A stretch of 64,000 nucleotides of DNA from Spirochaetia bacterium (GCA_965203905.1 CBDBDQ010000003.1:31707-95706), one strand, 5' to 3'; counted from the first letter of the stretch, positions 28,473 through 37,206 are shown. Numbers and translations: made by a program. Notes: a model not told the origin generated them from the letters alone.

Positions 28473-28889
28473 TCAGGCTGCCTCCGGCTGCCGCAGCAGC
28501 GCGCCGGCGCGGCGCAGCCGCTCGGTCACGGTCGTCGGCCCGATCTCCGCGTGGTCGTTCCATGAGGCAATCGCGCTCATCGGCAGCGTGCCGGGGTCGA
28601 AGAAATCCGGATGCGTCTCCAGGATCGCGTCGACCATCGCGCGCTGCGCGGTCTCGGTGATGGTTCCCAGCAGTTGCGGGGGCGCGCTGCGCCGCGCCGC
28701 GACGTGGATCGCGCCGGAAGCGCACCAGCACACCGCGTCGCCGCTGGTCGGTGCGCAGGGCACGTTGTCGGCGCCGCGCGCCGTGGAGAAGCGGCACCAC
28801 CCGGTCTCGATGTACCGGGCGGCGCCGTCCAGGACCTCCGCTGCCGCGGCACGGATGGTCTGAGGCTGCGGTTGCGCCACCACCACCAT
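28473..28889 (-). CDS. Small Cys-containing protein, paralog of 30157..30567 (family I recall as DUF6197 of actinobacterial phages and ICEs)
   Basis: LDGAARYIETGWCRFSTARGADNVPCAPTSGDAVCWCASGAIH...ASWNDH aligns with LERAACFVGIGWTQGAAAQNGAGVPVSPTAPDACCWCATGALL...AYWNDL. Confidence 0.55.
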   Translation of the reverse strand: MVVVAQPQPQTIRAAAAEVLDGAARYIETGWCRFSTARGADNVPCAPTSGDAVCWCASGAIHVAARRSAPPQLLGTITETAQRAMVDAILETHPDFFDPGTLPMSAIASWNDHAEIGPTTVTERLRRAGALLRQPEAA

Positions 28890-29335
28890 CAGGCAGCGCT
28901 CCGGGCCACGTAGTCGCCGAGCGGGTAGTCGGTGACCGCCGGCCTGCCGCTGCGCAGCCGGATCAGCTCCCGCAGGTGCCGGCGGATGTCGGTCTCCAGT
29001 TGGAAGCGGGCCAAGACCCACTGTCCAGCCGCAGCCTCCCAGTTGGCGCTGCCGGTGGGCTTGGCCCGCAGCCGCGCCTGCGCCTCGCAGCGCCGGAAGT
29101 AGGTCACGGTCTCCCGGTCCGCCTTCAGCGTCCGCTCGACCATGGTGACCAAGCTCGGCAGCGTGCCGTAGGCGGCGACGCCACGGGCGCAGCCGCGCTC
29201 GACCCGGCTGCCGTCGTGCATGGTCCACACGGTGCTGTAGGTGCGATCCTCGACCGTGACGGCCGCGGCGCGCAGTCGCGCCATGCGCTCGGCGTCGTCC
29301 AGGTCCTGCCTGATGAAGCGTTGTGCAGCGGTCAT
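28889..29335 (-). CDS. Hypothetical protein
   Basis: 148-aa ORF in the operon. Stop/start overlap with the next gene. Confidence 0.5.
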   Translation of the reverse strand: MTAAQRFIRQDLDDAERMARLRAAAVTVEDRTYSTVWTMHDGSRVERGCARGVAAYGTLPSLVTMVERTLKADRETVTYFRRCEAQARLRAKPTGSANWEAAAGQWVLARFQLETDIRRHLRELIRLRSGRPAVTDYPLGDYVARSAA

Positions 29336-29440
29336 TCAGGTTCCCTCCAGAATTGCCCCGGCGCCCTGTAGCGCCTGCGAGCTTCGGCCGGCAAGGGTGG
29401 GGTTGAACCACGCTCAACGCTGGTCCCGCCGGCTCCAGTT

Positions 29441-29665
29441 TCACGAAGCTGCCTCGCTGTCGGCCGGCACTTCCCCGCGCCAGCCCCATGCCTCAGCCAC
29501 GTCCAGCGCCAAGCCCCCGGCGCCCCGCTCCGCGTACCATGCGACCTCGCCGTCCTGCTTGGCGTAGATCGCCCAGTAGATCGAGGCGACCGATGAGCGC
29601 GTTTCCTCCCGCCGGATGACCAGCGTCTCGCGCCCGTTCTGTCCGTGGATCAACTCCCCTGCCAT
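29441..29665 (-). CDS. Hypothetical small protein
   Basis: 74-aa ORF immediately downstream of radC. Confidence 0.4.
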   Translation of the reverse strand: MAGELIHGQNGRETLVIRREETRSSVASIYWAIYAKQDGEVAWYAERGAGGLALDVAEAWGWRGEVPADSEAAS

Positions 29666-30163
29666 TCAGCCCTCCCAGCCGATGCCGCGCTGCCGCAGGC
29701 TCACAAAGCCGCGCCGCGCGACGATCACGTGGTCGTACAGGTCGATGTCGTGGTACTCCGCTGCCGTCCTCACCTTCCGCGTCACCCGCGTATCAGACCC
29801 GCTCGGGCACGGGTCGCCCGAGGGGTGGTTGTGCACCACGATGAAGTAGGGCGCGCCCCTCACGATGGCAGGGCGCAGGATCTCCGCGACCCGGATCGAG
29901 GCGGCGTTGACCGTGCCCTGGTAGACCGTCACGGCCTCCAGCAGCTCCGACTTGGTGTTCAGCAGCAGCACGCGAAGCTGCTCCTGCAACAAGCCGCCCA
30001 TGTCCATGCACTGGTTCGCCACGGCCTCCGGCGTGTTCAGCACGGGGGGATCACCAGCGGCGCCGCCACGGCCCGGAGGGGTGGCGGCGCCGTACTGCAA
30101 GGCGATCTCCTGGAGCAACTGTTGGTTGCGCTTCAGCGCGTCCAGCAGATCCGTCATCAGCAC
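29666..30163 (-). CDS. radC: RadC-like JAB/MPN domain protein
   Basis: VVHNHPSGDPCPSGSDTRVTRKV (JAMM motif HxHPSG.p.PS..D) preceded by LLNTKSELLEAVTVYQGTVNAASIRVAEILRPAI. Confidence 0.85.
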   Translation of the reverse strand: MLMTDLLDALKRNQQLLQEIALQYGAATPPGRGGAAGDPPVLNTPEAVANQCMDMGGLLQEQLRVLLLNTKSELLEAVTVYQGTVNAASIRVAEILRPAIVRGAPYFIVVHNHPSGDPCPSGSDTRVTRKVRTAAEYHDIDLYDHVIVARRGFVSLRQRGIGWEG

Positions 30164-30567
30164 GCCTCCGTGAGCGGCTTCAGCGTCCGCGCGGCGCGGA
30201 TCAGCGTGTCCTTCACGGTCGCCTGCCGCTGGCCGTCCAGGTCGTTCCAGTACGCAATCACCCCGCCCCGATCCTCCGTCAGGCCGGTGGTCTCACGGAT
30301 CAGCTTCTCCAGAACGGCACACGCGGCCCGCCTGACTGCGGTCTCATCGCCGCCGCTCAGCTTCAGCAGCCCCACGCGGTAGCTGGCGATCAGCAGGGCG
30401 CCCGTCGCGCACCAGCAGCACGCATCCGGCGCGGTAGGCGACACCGGGACACCGGCGCCGTTCTGCGCTGCCGCTCCCTGCGTCCATCCGATGCCCACAA
30501 AGCAGGCGGCGCGCTCCAGGAGCGCCGCCGCCTTGTCGTTGACCTCCAGGTTGGTCAGTACCCGCAT
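30157..30567 (-). CDS. Small Cys-containing protein, paralog of 28473..28889
   Basis: See 28473..28889. MRVLTNLEVNDKAAALLERAACFVGIGWTQG... Confidence 0.55.
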   Translation of the reverse strand: MRVLTNLEVNDKAAALLERAACFVGIGWTQGAAAQNGAGVPVSPTAPDACCWCATGALLIASYRVGLLKLSGGDETAVRRAACAVLEKLIRETTGLTEDRGGVIAYWNDLDGQRQATVKDTLIRAARTLKPLTEAC

Positions 30568-31712
30568 CAGTCCAGGGCCTCGCTCGGCAGCCGGATGTCG
30601 TAGCACTCGTCGGCGTTCATGCACCCGCCGTCGGTCATGTGGACCGTGCCCTCGACGCCGATCCGCTCCACGGTCCGCCATCGGCCGTCGCTCGGATCGC
30701 GCACCCGGTCACCCACGTGCACGGGATACTCGTCCTCATCCTCAACGACCTCGGCAGGCGGGTCGTACACGTCCGGTTGCTCGGTGTGCCCCGGCCACTC
30801 GGCAGCGTGCGTCCACCGGTCGGCAGCCGTCTCAGCATCGGTGTGGTTGGGAAACCGCTTGGTGTGGCGCCGCTCTGGCAGGCGATGCCGGTCCAGCACG
30901 TAAGCCTCGACCGTGTAGGTGCGCTCCACCATCGCCGGCGACAGGCGCCGCTCAGCGGTCGCGAGCGTGGCGTTGCGCCCGTTGATCCACTCATCCGATA
31001 CCCAGCGCACACGGCGCGTAGGAGCGCGCTCTGGCGGCTCGCATTCGCAGGTCGGGCACGGCGGATCGTCCTCCCCGTGGTCGACGTGATAGAGGCAGAC
31101 CGCGATGTCGTGCTTGGCCTCCGTGGCGTCGCAGCGGCACAGCGCGCAGCGTTGCGGGTGGTCGGGCAGCAACTCGTTGCCGGTGAAGGTGTCGACCGTC
31201 ACGTCGCCGGTGGCGTCGATCCGATACAGGCCATCCTCATCGCCGTGTGCGCGCCGGTAGTCCTGCGCCGCCTCCACGCGGTCCTTCTCGTCCTTGAACG
31301 GCCCGCTCAGGACCGGCTCCACGTCGCCCATGATCGACAGCAGGTGCAGCTTCCGGTCCGGGGAGCGGGGCAGGTCCCGCAACTCGCTCAGAAGCTGGCG
31401 CCCGTCCTCAAGCTGCTCGTCGTCGGCGCAGTACAGCGTCACCATGTGCGCAAGCTGCTGCACCACGCGGTGGCACTCCTGCTCGGTTGCGATGGCCTGC
31501 GCCGCCCGTAGCACGTCGATGTCGCGGATGGTGGGGTCGAGCATCAGGTCGCGCTCGCGCGCCGCCTGCGCCTCCCGGGCCTCGGCCTGCTCCTGCAGCA
31601 CCGCGTTGAGCGCGGCGCGGAGTGTCTCTGCCTCGCCCCGATCCACCAGGATCGACACGTTCGGCATGTTCAGGTTGACCCGCCCGTTGGCGTGTAGCGT
31701 CGCCGTCGCCAT
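30567..31712 (-). CDS. Hypothetical protein with a Cys/His-rich central cluster
   Basis: 381 aa from MATATLHANGRVNL. Cluster CALCRCDATEAKHDIAVCLYHVDHGEDDPPCPTCEC. No family recognised. Confidence 0.5.
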   Translation of the reverse strand: MATATLHANGRVNLNMPNVSILVDRGEAETLRAALNAVLQEQAEAREAQAARERDLMLDPTIRDIDVLRAAQAIATEQECHRVVQQLAHMVTLYCADDEQLEDGRQLLSELRDLPRSPDRKLHLLSIMGDVEPVLSGPFKDEKDRVEAAQDYRRAHGDEDGLYRIDATGDVTVDTFTGNELLPDHPQRCALCRCDATEAKHDIAVCLYHVDHGEDDPPCPTCECEPPERAPTRRVRWVSDEWINGRNATLATAERRLSPAMVERTYTVEAYVLDRHRLPERRHTKRFPNHTDAETAADRWTHAAEWPGHTEQPDVYDPPAEVVEDEDEYPVHVGDRVRDPSDGRWRTVERIGVEGTVHMTDGGCMNADECYDIRLPSEALD

Positions 31713-31969
31713 CACGAACGCCCCTCGGCCACGCAACCGGCACACCGACCGTCTGTGGTCGGTGTCGCCATCGTGGCCTCGCACACGTAGCACACGTGGT
31801 CGTGAACCACGTCGTCGACGTCGTTCGCCACCGGCCCGTAGCCCATCTCTTGCAGCAGGTCGCGAGCGTTGCGCAGCACGTCGAGCCGCTCCTGCACCGA
31901 TGGTGGAGGCTGCCGGTCAGCAGCCTCCACCATCACTCGCAGGGTCTCTTTGTCGGTAGGTCCGATCAC
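31712..31969 (-). CDS. Hypothetical small protein (CxxC...CxxC)
   Basis: 85-aa ORF containing HVCYVCEATMATPTTDGRCAGC. Confidence 0.4.
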   Translation of the reverse strand: MIGPTDKETLRVMVEAADRQPPPSVQERLDVLRNARDLLQEMGYGPVANDVDDVVHDHVCYVCEATMATPTTDGRCAGCVAEGRS

Positions 31970-32274
31970 AGCCCGACGACCTCGAACAGGCCAAGCTCCT
32001 GAAGCTCAAGGCCGGCCTGTACCCATGCCTCGCTGTCCGCGGCGCGGCTGCCGGCGTCGTCCTCTTCGCTCAGCGCCGGCAGCTCCATCGCCATGGAAGC
32101 GCCCCACGGCCTCTCTTCGACGATCTCAAGCGCGCTGCCGGCGGCGATCGGCGTGCTGCCGTCGTCCCCGCGCAGGCACCATGAATCGAGCGCTCGCGTG
32201 GCCGTGACAACGTTTCCGGCTTCGAGGCGCCCGTCCACGTCGCCGGGTTCGACCCAAACAGTTCTACCGTTCAT
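31966..32274 (-). CDS. Hypothetical small acidic protein, first gene of the operon
   Basis: MNGRTVWVEPGDVDGRLEAGNVV... preceded by GGAGGGATACCG. Confidence 0.4.
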   Translation of the reverse strand: MNGRTVWVEPGDVDGRLEAGNVVTATRALDSWCLRGDDGSTPIAAGSALEIVEERPWGASMAMELPALSEEDDAGSRAADSEAWVQAGLELQELGLFEVVGL

Positions 32275-32559
32275 CGGTATCCCTCCTGCTCCCGCGCTCA
32301 GGCGGGAGTGGTATGCGGCATGCCGTGGTGTCGAACCACGTCCCTGTCGGGAGCACCTGCGCGCGCCGCTGTTGGTTGATCTGCACCCCGTGTGCCGCTC
32401 CCGGCACATCGCTCTACGAGTGGGCTGCGGTGCCCTTCATCCACCCGAGACGCCATAGCAGCGGATCGAAGCTCGGTGGCTCCCCGCCCGGCTCTGTGTG
32501 TGTGGCGCGCGCTGCGTTGCGCGCCTGCTGCCTCCTTCGCAAGCGTTTTATCGCTGTCG

Positions 32560-33545
32560 ACAATTAACATTGTCATAATGTAAATGAGCAAAGTCAAGCA
32601 CCCTCAGGCACTTTTTTGGCAGGCCGGCAGACTCCCGCAGATCAGGGCATTACGCGGCTTTCACGCCGTCCTTTCGCCTCGCGGCGCCGACCGTGGACCG
32701 CTCGTCGGCGCGCTCGGTGCGCCCCGATAAAGGTCCGTCACTGTGTGCCGTGATCTGTGCGGTGTCCCTTGCCGGCCAACATGGCCCGGCACGCCGGCAT
32801 CGAGGCGGAGTTCACCGACGGCGCATCCGCTCGCGGCGCGGCGTTTGACGTGTGCGCGTCAACCGGCGCGGCTGCGCACCCGGCTCTCGTCGGGATCGCG
32901 CCCGGCGGCGCACGGCCGGCGGCTGCCGCTTCCCCCCACCCGCCCGGGCGCTCGCTCACCCCGCGACGCCGAATCTGGCGGCGCCCCAGCCGGCGCCAGC
33001 GTGGGCTCGCCACCCGGCGCGGCACCTACCCACGGCCCGACGCTCGCCCTTCCCCCGTCACTAACCTATGCTCAGGCCTGCGCTCAGCGTTCAGCGTGGT
33101 GCGGTGCGCGTGGTGCTCACGCTCATGGCCATGCGCTCAGCGGTGCGCGTGGTGTGGTGGTAGGGTCAACGCCCGTGTCGCTCGCCCGTTCAGCTTCGCG
33201 TCATCGACGGGCAGCCCGCCGCCGGACGGCCGCATCCGTCTCCGGCCGTCCGCAGATCCCCCAGGGACCCCCGGCCACCCCCACCCCGCCCCCCGCTCAG
33301 TTCCCGCCCCGCGTTGCGCGCGGGGCTTCATACGCCGGCGCGCGTGCCGGAAAGTTTCTGAAATCCGAGAAAATGGATCCGGAACTGGGGCCGCAAGGGA
33401 CCCACCGGCAGAATCTGAAAGTGGAAAGTCAGGGACCCGCGGGAACGGACTCCGGGCGCGGGCTGGGAACCAGGGACCTACCAGGGATAGGACTCAAGCC
33501 TCAAGGGGATGAGCCGAAGGTAGTGTCCGTTTTTCTGAGAAGTCC
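32560..33545. other. About 1 kb of ORF-poor, repeat-rich DNA: candidate origin (oriT or oriV) or regulatory hub
   Basis: AT-rich inverted repeat ACATTgtcatAATGT (32567-32581). GCGCTCAGCG twice (33080, 33133). GCGGTGCGCGTGGTG twice (33101, 33140). C-runs at 33270-33300. CAGGGAC/CAGGGAT three times (33430, 33471, 33482). Only compositionally implausible ORFs. Confidence 0.35.
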
Positions 33546-33546
33546 G

Positions 33547-33575
33547 TTGACAGGCGGTGCCGGCACTTATATATG
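33547..33575 (+). promoter_or_regulatory. Near-consensus sigma70-type promoter overlapped by a palindrome
   Basis: TTGACA (33547-33552), 17-nt spacer, TATATG (33570-33575). Palindrome CCGGCA-cttatata-TGCCGG at 33560-33579. An AAGGAGG RBS follows at 33619-33625. Confidence 0.4.
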
Positions 33576-33712
33576 CCGGAGATATGCAAAATTTTGGGAA
33601 TTAGATCCAATAATAACCAAGGAGGGGCGTCGTGGTGAATGATGCAATGCGACGGGATAGGCGGATGGAGTTGGTTCGGCAGTTGGCTCTGGAGGGGCGA
33701 AGCCCAGGCAGA

Positions 33713-33928
33713 TCAGCATTCTTCTTCGGGTGGCCACCTCTCCCCAAGAACCCAAGCGTAGAAATTCTCGTCCGTTGTCGCTGCCTGCCATATAGATTCG
33801 GCAATTTCAAGAGTGGGTAATAACCGGTTCCCAAGCCGACCTTGTGGCTCTGAGAGAGATCGCATCATCTCCAACACCTCCTCACAGAAAGCAGCATAGT
33901 TCCGATTCTTCAGGGAAGCATGATGCAC
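33713..33928 (-). CDS. Hypothetical small protein (possibly frameshifted at its 5' end)
   Basis: 71-aa ORF HHASLKNRNYAAFCEEVLEMMRSLSEPQ... An upstream ATG ORF (MPDRPIDTEDLGKAHRLI...) is in another frame. It competes with the plus-strand ORF 33632..33820. Confidence 0.3.
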   Translation of the reverse strand: MHHASLKNRNYAAFCEEVLEMMRSLSEPQGRLGNRLLPTLEIAESIWQAATTDENFYAWVLGERWPPEEEC

Positions 33929-34521
33929 GATCCGATGATCAGCCGATGAGCCTTGCCAAGATCCTCTGTGTCGATGGGCCGGTCAGGCATACGTGATTAT
34001 TGAGATCTCCTTACCCGTCGGCTTTCGGCGTCACGTGCTTAGCCAGCCGCTTCCCCTTGTTCACTTCTCTACTCAGCGACTGATAAGAAGTATCGCCTGC
34101 TGCTGGTACATGTGGCTGGACGCATGAACCGCAACAACTGTGTGATGCGGCTGCGGCTGTGTGCCTGTGCGCAGACCATCGCGCGCATCAGCAGGGTATG
34201 GGAGGTGTTTGATCTCCCCACGCAAGCTTCGCGCACCAAGCCCTAGCCGCTAGCGCGCGGGCGCCTTTCTCTTTCAGCCATTCAACCCCGTTCCCAGTAC
34301 CACCGTAGGCACCGCCACGCGCCGAGAACTGGCCTGCGGGCGGCTATCGCTGCCTGTGAACGGCCTGCTGCGCGCTTCTGAGCGTCGTGTTCGCAGCGCA
34401 ATCTGACTCGGCACCGCCTCGCACCTCTCCGGCGCCAGTCCGCCGGCCTGCTTCATGGCCCGCGGGAGCTGCCGGCGGCTTCCGGCCGCCTTAGGCGAGG
34501 ATTTGGGGCCAGGATGTCCGG

Positions 34522-35484
34522 TTGACACTACGGTCACAATCTGATATGGATACAATGTCGGCGGTCCACTGGAAGCGACGGACGGTGGCCTATCGGCCTG
34601 CCGATCACGGAAGCCATGACTGGTTGGAACGGAGCGCGGAGGTGTCTAAGGTGCCGATAGTTGACCTTTCCAGGGTCGGCGATGCCGCCGTCCTGTTGGT
34701 AGACAGGCTGACGGACCCCAACCAGAAGCGAGAGCGAGCCGACGCAAGGGCGTACGCCAAGCAGGCTCGTACGAGGTCTGATATCGAGCGACGATCGCTA
34801 CTCACCGAAGAGAAGGTGAGGGTGTCACGTCAAGAGAACGCCGAACGAATCGCGGCCAAGGCAGCGCGAAAGGTCCAGAAGAACGCCAGGCCAGATGATG
34901 TGTCTCCGGATTGGTACGCCCATGCACGCGAAAGGCTCTGGAACGTGTCGGACGAAGATTTGCAAGAAGTATGGGCTCACATTCTTGCTGGTGAGGTCAA
35001 CTCGCCAGGGAGCTTTTCCAAGCGAACGCTGAGTATCGTTGGGGACCTTGAAAAAAGAGATGCCGAGACGTTTTCGACCATGTGCAGGTTCTCTGTCACT
35101 CTTGCTGATGGAGAGATGTGTCCAACGATCTTTCGCGCAGGTGATCCGATCTACCACGAGGCTGGGATCGATTACGATTCTCTTATCAACTTGGCCAGCA
35201 TGGGTCTTATCAAGTTCGACGGCGTGAGCAACACTTCCTTTACTGTTAGAGGATCGGGGTACTATCCAGCATCGTACTTCGGCAGGCGTATCGATTTAGC
35301 GATCCCGACAGGCCGCGAAATCCACATAGGGCTAGGGCTGGTAAAGCTATCCAGAGCAGGAGATGAGCTGTTGAAGATTTGCGCTCTTGTCCCAATCGAT
35401 GGATATTTTGACTATATCTTGAACGAATGGAAGAGCCTCGGCGCGGAGGAAATCGTCATTCGGCCGCTTTCCGTGGGGCGGTAG
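34522..35484 (+). CDS. DUF2806-like protein
   Basis: DWYAHARERLWNVSDEDLQEVWAHILAGEVNSPGSFSKRTLSIVGDLEKRDAETFSTMCRF matches my recollection of the DUF2806 core (W..iLagE...PGsfS.RtL..l..L...eA..F). Confidence 0.6.
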   Translation: MTLRSQSDMDTMSAVHWKRRTVAYRPADHGSHDWLERSAEVSKVPIVDLSRVGDAAVLLVDRLTDPNQKRERADARAYAKQARTRSDIERRSLLTEEKVRVSRQENAERIAAKAARKVQKNARPDDVSPDWYAHARERLWNVSDEDLQEVWAHILAGEVNSPGSFSKRTLSIVGDLEKRDAETFSTMCRFSVTLADGEMCPTIFRAGDPIYHEAGIDYDSLINLASMGLIKFDGVSNTSFTVRGSGYYPASYFGRRIDLAIPTGREIHIGLGLVKLSRAGDELLKICALVPIDGYFDYILNEWKSLGAEEIVIRPLSVGR

Positions 35485-35532
35485 CTGTGGTTACCATCTC
35501 CGTGGGCATGGAGCCTCAATTCTCCCTCGTAG

Positions 35533-35850
35533 ACGATTCCGAACCGACAGCACCATCTACCGAGCCCGGGTTACCAGCCACTCAGCAGCATATGGGAGGG
35601 CGGTGACGGGGAGTTGCTCGACGAGATGCTCACCTTCTACCCGGTCATCAAGCCGGACCCGATCCTGGACGCCACCTACAACACCGGCCGGATCTGGGCC
35701 GGCACCCGCTGGCCGGTCACCAGCATGGACATCGACCCCCAGTACGGCACTGACATCGTGGCCGACAACCGGGAGATGCCGGGGATAGCCGACGAGTCAT
35801 ACGCAGTGGTGGTCTACGATCCGCCGCACGTCGGACCCCAGGAGGTCTCG
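35533..35850 (+). pseudogene. N-terminal fragment of an amino-type DNA methyltransferase
   Basis: SSIWEGGDGELLDEMLTFYP...ILDATYNTGRIW...VTSMDIDPQYGTDIVADNREMP...YAVVVYDPPH (motif IV DPPH). The sequence then loses similarity. No canonical start upstream of TTG 35614. Confidence 0.5.
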
Positions 35851-35997
35851 GAGATAGTAGAGGGCATAAATGCTGCTCTCCCTCGGTGCTTCCTCGTACG
35901 ACAGGTCAAGGAGCGGGCTGCCTTCGAGCCTCTCGATCACCTGCGCCTTGATGCCTCGGTCCAGGTCGAAGTCGAATCGGTGCGGGTCGTCTGTCAT
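35797..35997 (-). pseudogene. N-terminal fragment of an Eco29kI-like (GIY-YIG) restriction endonuclease
   Basis: MTDDPHRFDFDLDRGIKAQVIERLEGSPLLDLSYEEAPRESSIYALYYL resembles the N-terminus of that family as I recall it. It is truncated where it meets the methyltransferase fragment. Confidence 0.4.
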
Positions 35998-36143
35998 AGA
36001 CTGCGGATTGTACGGGCATCCGGGGGTGCCTGCCCAGTCCCGGATGCCGGTCCACCCGCCGACTGACACGCCAAGCCCGGCAGCATCCTGCGTGTGACTT
36101 CGGTATATAATTCCCAAAAGAAAAACAAACTGAGCCTATTGAT

Positions 36144-36911
36144 ATGGGCGTGAAGAAGATACGAAACGAGTTCCACGAGTATGCCAAGGGACTGGAGAGG
36201 ATCAAGCGTGACGTTGGGAAAATCATACTGAAGGCTAATTCTCAAACCACGGTAGAGGATCGACTTGAGGATATCATTCCGTGTCTAAAGCGTATTCTTG
36301 AGCAAGTCGTTTATGGGTGTCTGGTAATTCAGATACCAGTCTACGGGAAAGTGGTTTCTGCTCGTCGATGGCAGAACAAGAAAGCCAGTGAGCTTGTTAA
36401 GATGATAGAACTTGGGTTCTACCCGACTCCGAATCCGGATAAGGCGGGTCCATACATCAAGGTTACTAAATCAGTGCGCGATGGCGATGCTCTTACCCGA
36501 GAGCAATGGCTTACCGCCTGGGACTTCGCCAACCAGATTCAGCATGTTCAAAATCCCGCCAGTCCTAAACGTAAGCCGAATGCGAAGAAATCTCTTGACG
36601 ATGCTCTGAAGTGGACGCAAAGAACTATCAACTTGCTCAGTTTTCACTACATGATTACGAATGACCAGATATTCTCTGGGCAAGTGACTATGCAGCCGGC
36701 CAGCCCATTAGGACCAAGCGCCCAAGTCGCAGTCTTTCAACGTGTAACACCGTGGTCCCCGGTTCAACGCTTGCCTGATGGAAGTAGGCTCACCTTGCAA
36801 CGGAACGAGAACGGTGACTGGAAGGATGTTCAAGATCCAAAGGAAGGCGCGATAGCCGTTATGCCGTTTCATGGGATCTATACACATCGTGGTTTGGCAC
36901 GTCAGACCTAG
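36144..36911 (+). CDS. Hypothetical protein (low-GC cassette)
   Basis: 255-aa ORF. The TATAATTCCCAAAAG promoter-like motif lies 24-40 nt upstream. No family recognised. Confidence 0.5.
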   Translation: MGVKKIRNEFHEYAKGLERIKRDVGKIILKANSQTTVEDRLEDIIPCLKRILEQVVYGCLVIQIPVYGKVVSARRWQNKKASELVKMIELGFYPTPNPDKAGPYIKVTKSVRDGDALTREQWLTAWDFANQIQHVQNPASPKRKPNAKKSLDDALKWTQRTINLLSFHYMITNDQIFSGQVTMQPASPLGPSAQVAVFQRVTPWSPVQRLPDGSRLTLQRNENGDWKDVQDPKEGAIAVMPFHGIYTHRGLARQT

Positions 36912-37206
36912 GCTGTTTTGATAGCTGTTTTCTGGCAACGAGCTATTGTCGTTTTGCACAAGCTGTGATATGCTCTCCGGCATGTCAGAAGACTAGAAAC
37001 CCAAGCCGCGAGGCCGGCCGCCCACCAAGGACCAGACGGTGTTCGAGCCGTTGAACGTGGACCCGGTGCAGCTTGCCCGTGCGATGCTGCAACCACGGCC
37101 CGAGAGCCGTTCCAAGCCAGACAGTCAGAAGCCGTCCCGGTGAGGGCGATCCTCGTTCGCGGTTACTATTCGATATAATTCCCAAAATTTTATCGACGTT
37201 GGTCCG

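Noticed and set aside
26150-28863. Very long plus-strand ORFs 26150..27256 (368 aa) and 27493..28863 (456 aa)
   Set aside because: They run antisense to a chain of tightly coupled minus-strand genes that includes a clear SSB. Their composition is Arg/Ala/Gly-dominated and no domains are recognisable.
32743-33642. ORFs 32743..33642 (299 aa) and 32757..33512 (251 aa) covering the 1-kb spacer
   Set aside because: They are extreme Arg/Pro/Ala low-complexity translations. They lie in two overlapping frames, so they are mutually exclusive. There is no RBS or start context. I treat the segment as non-coding.
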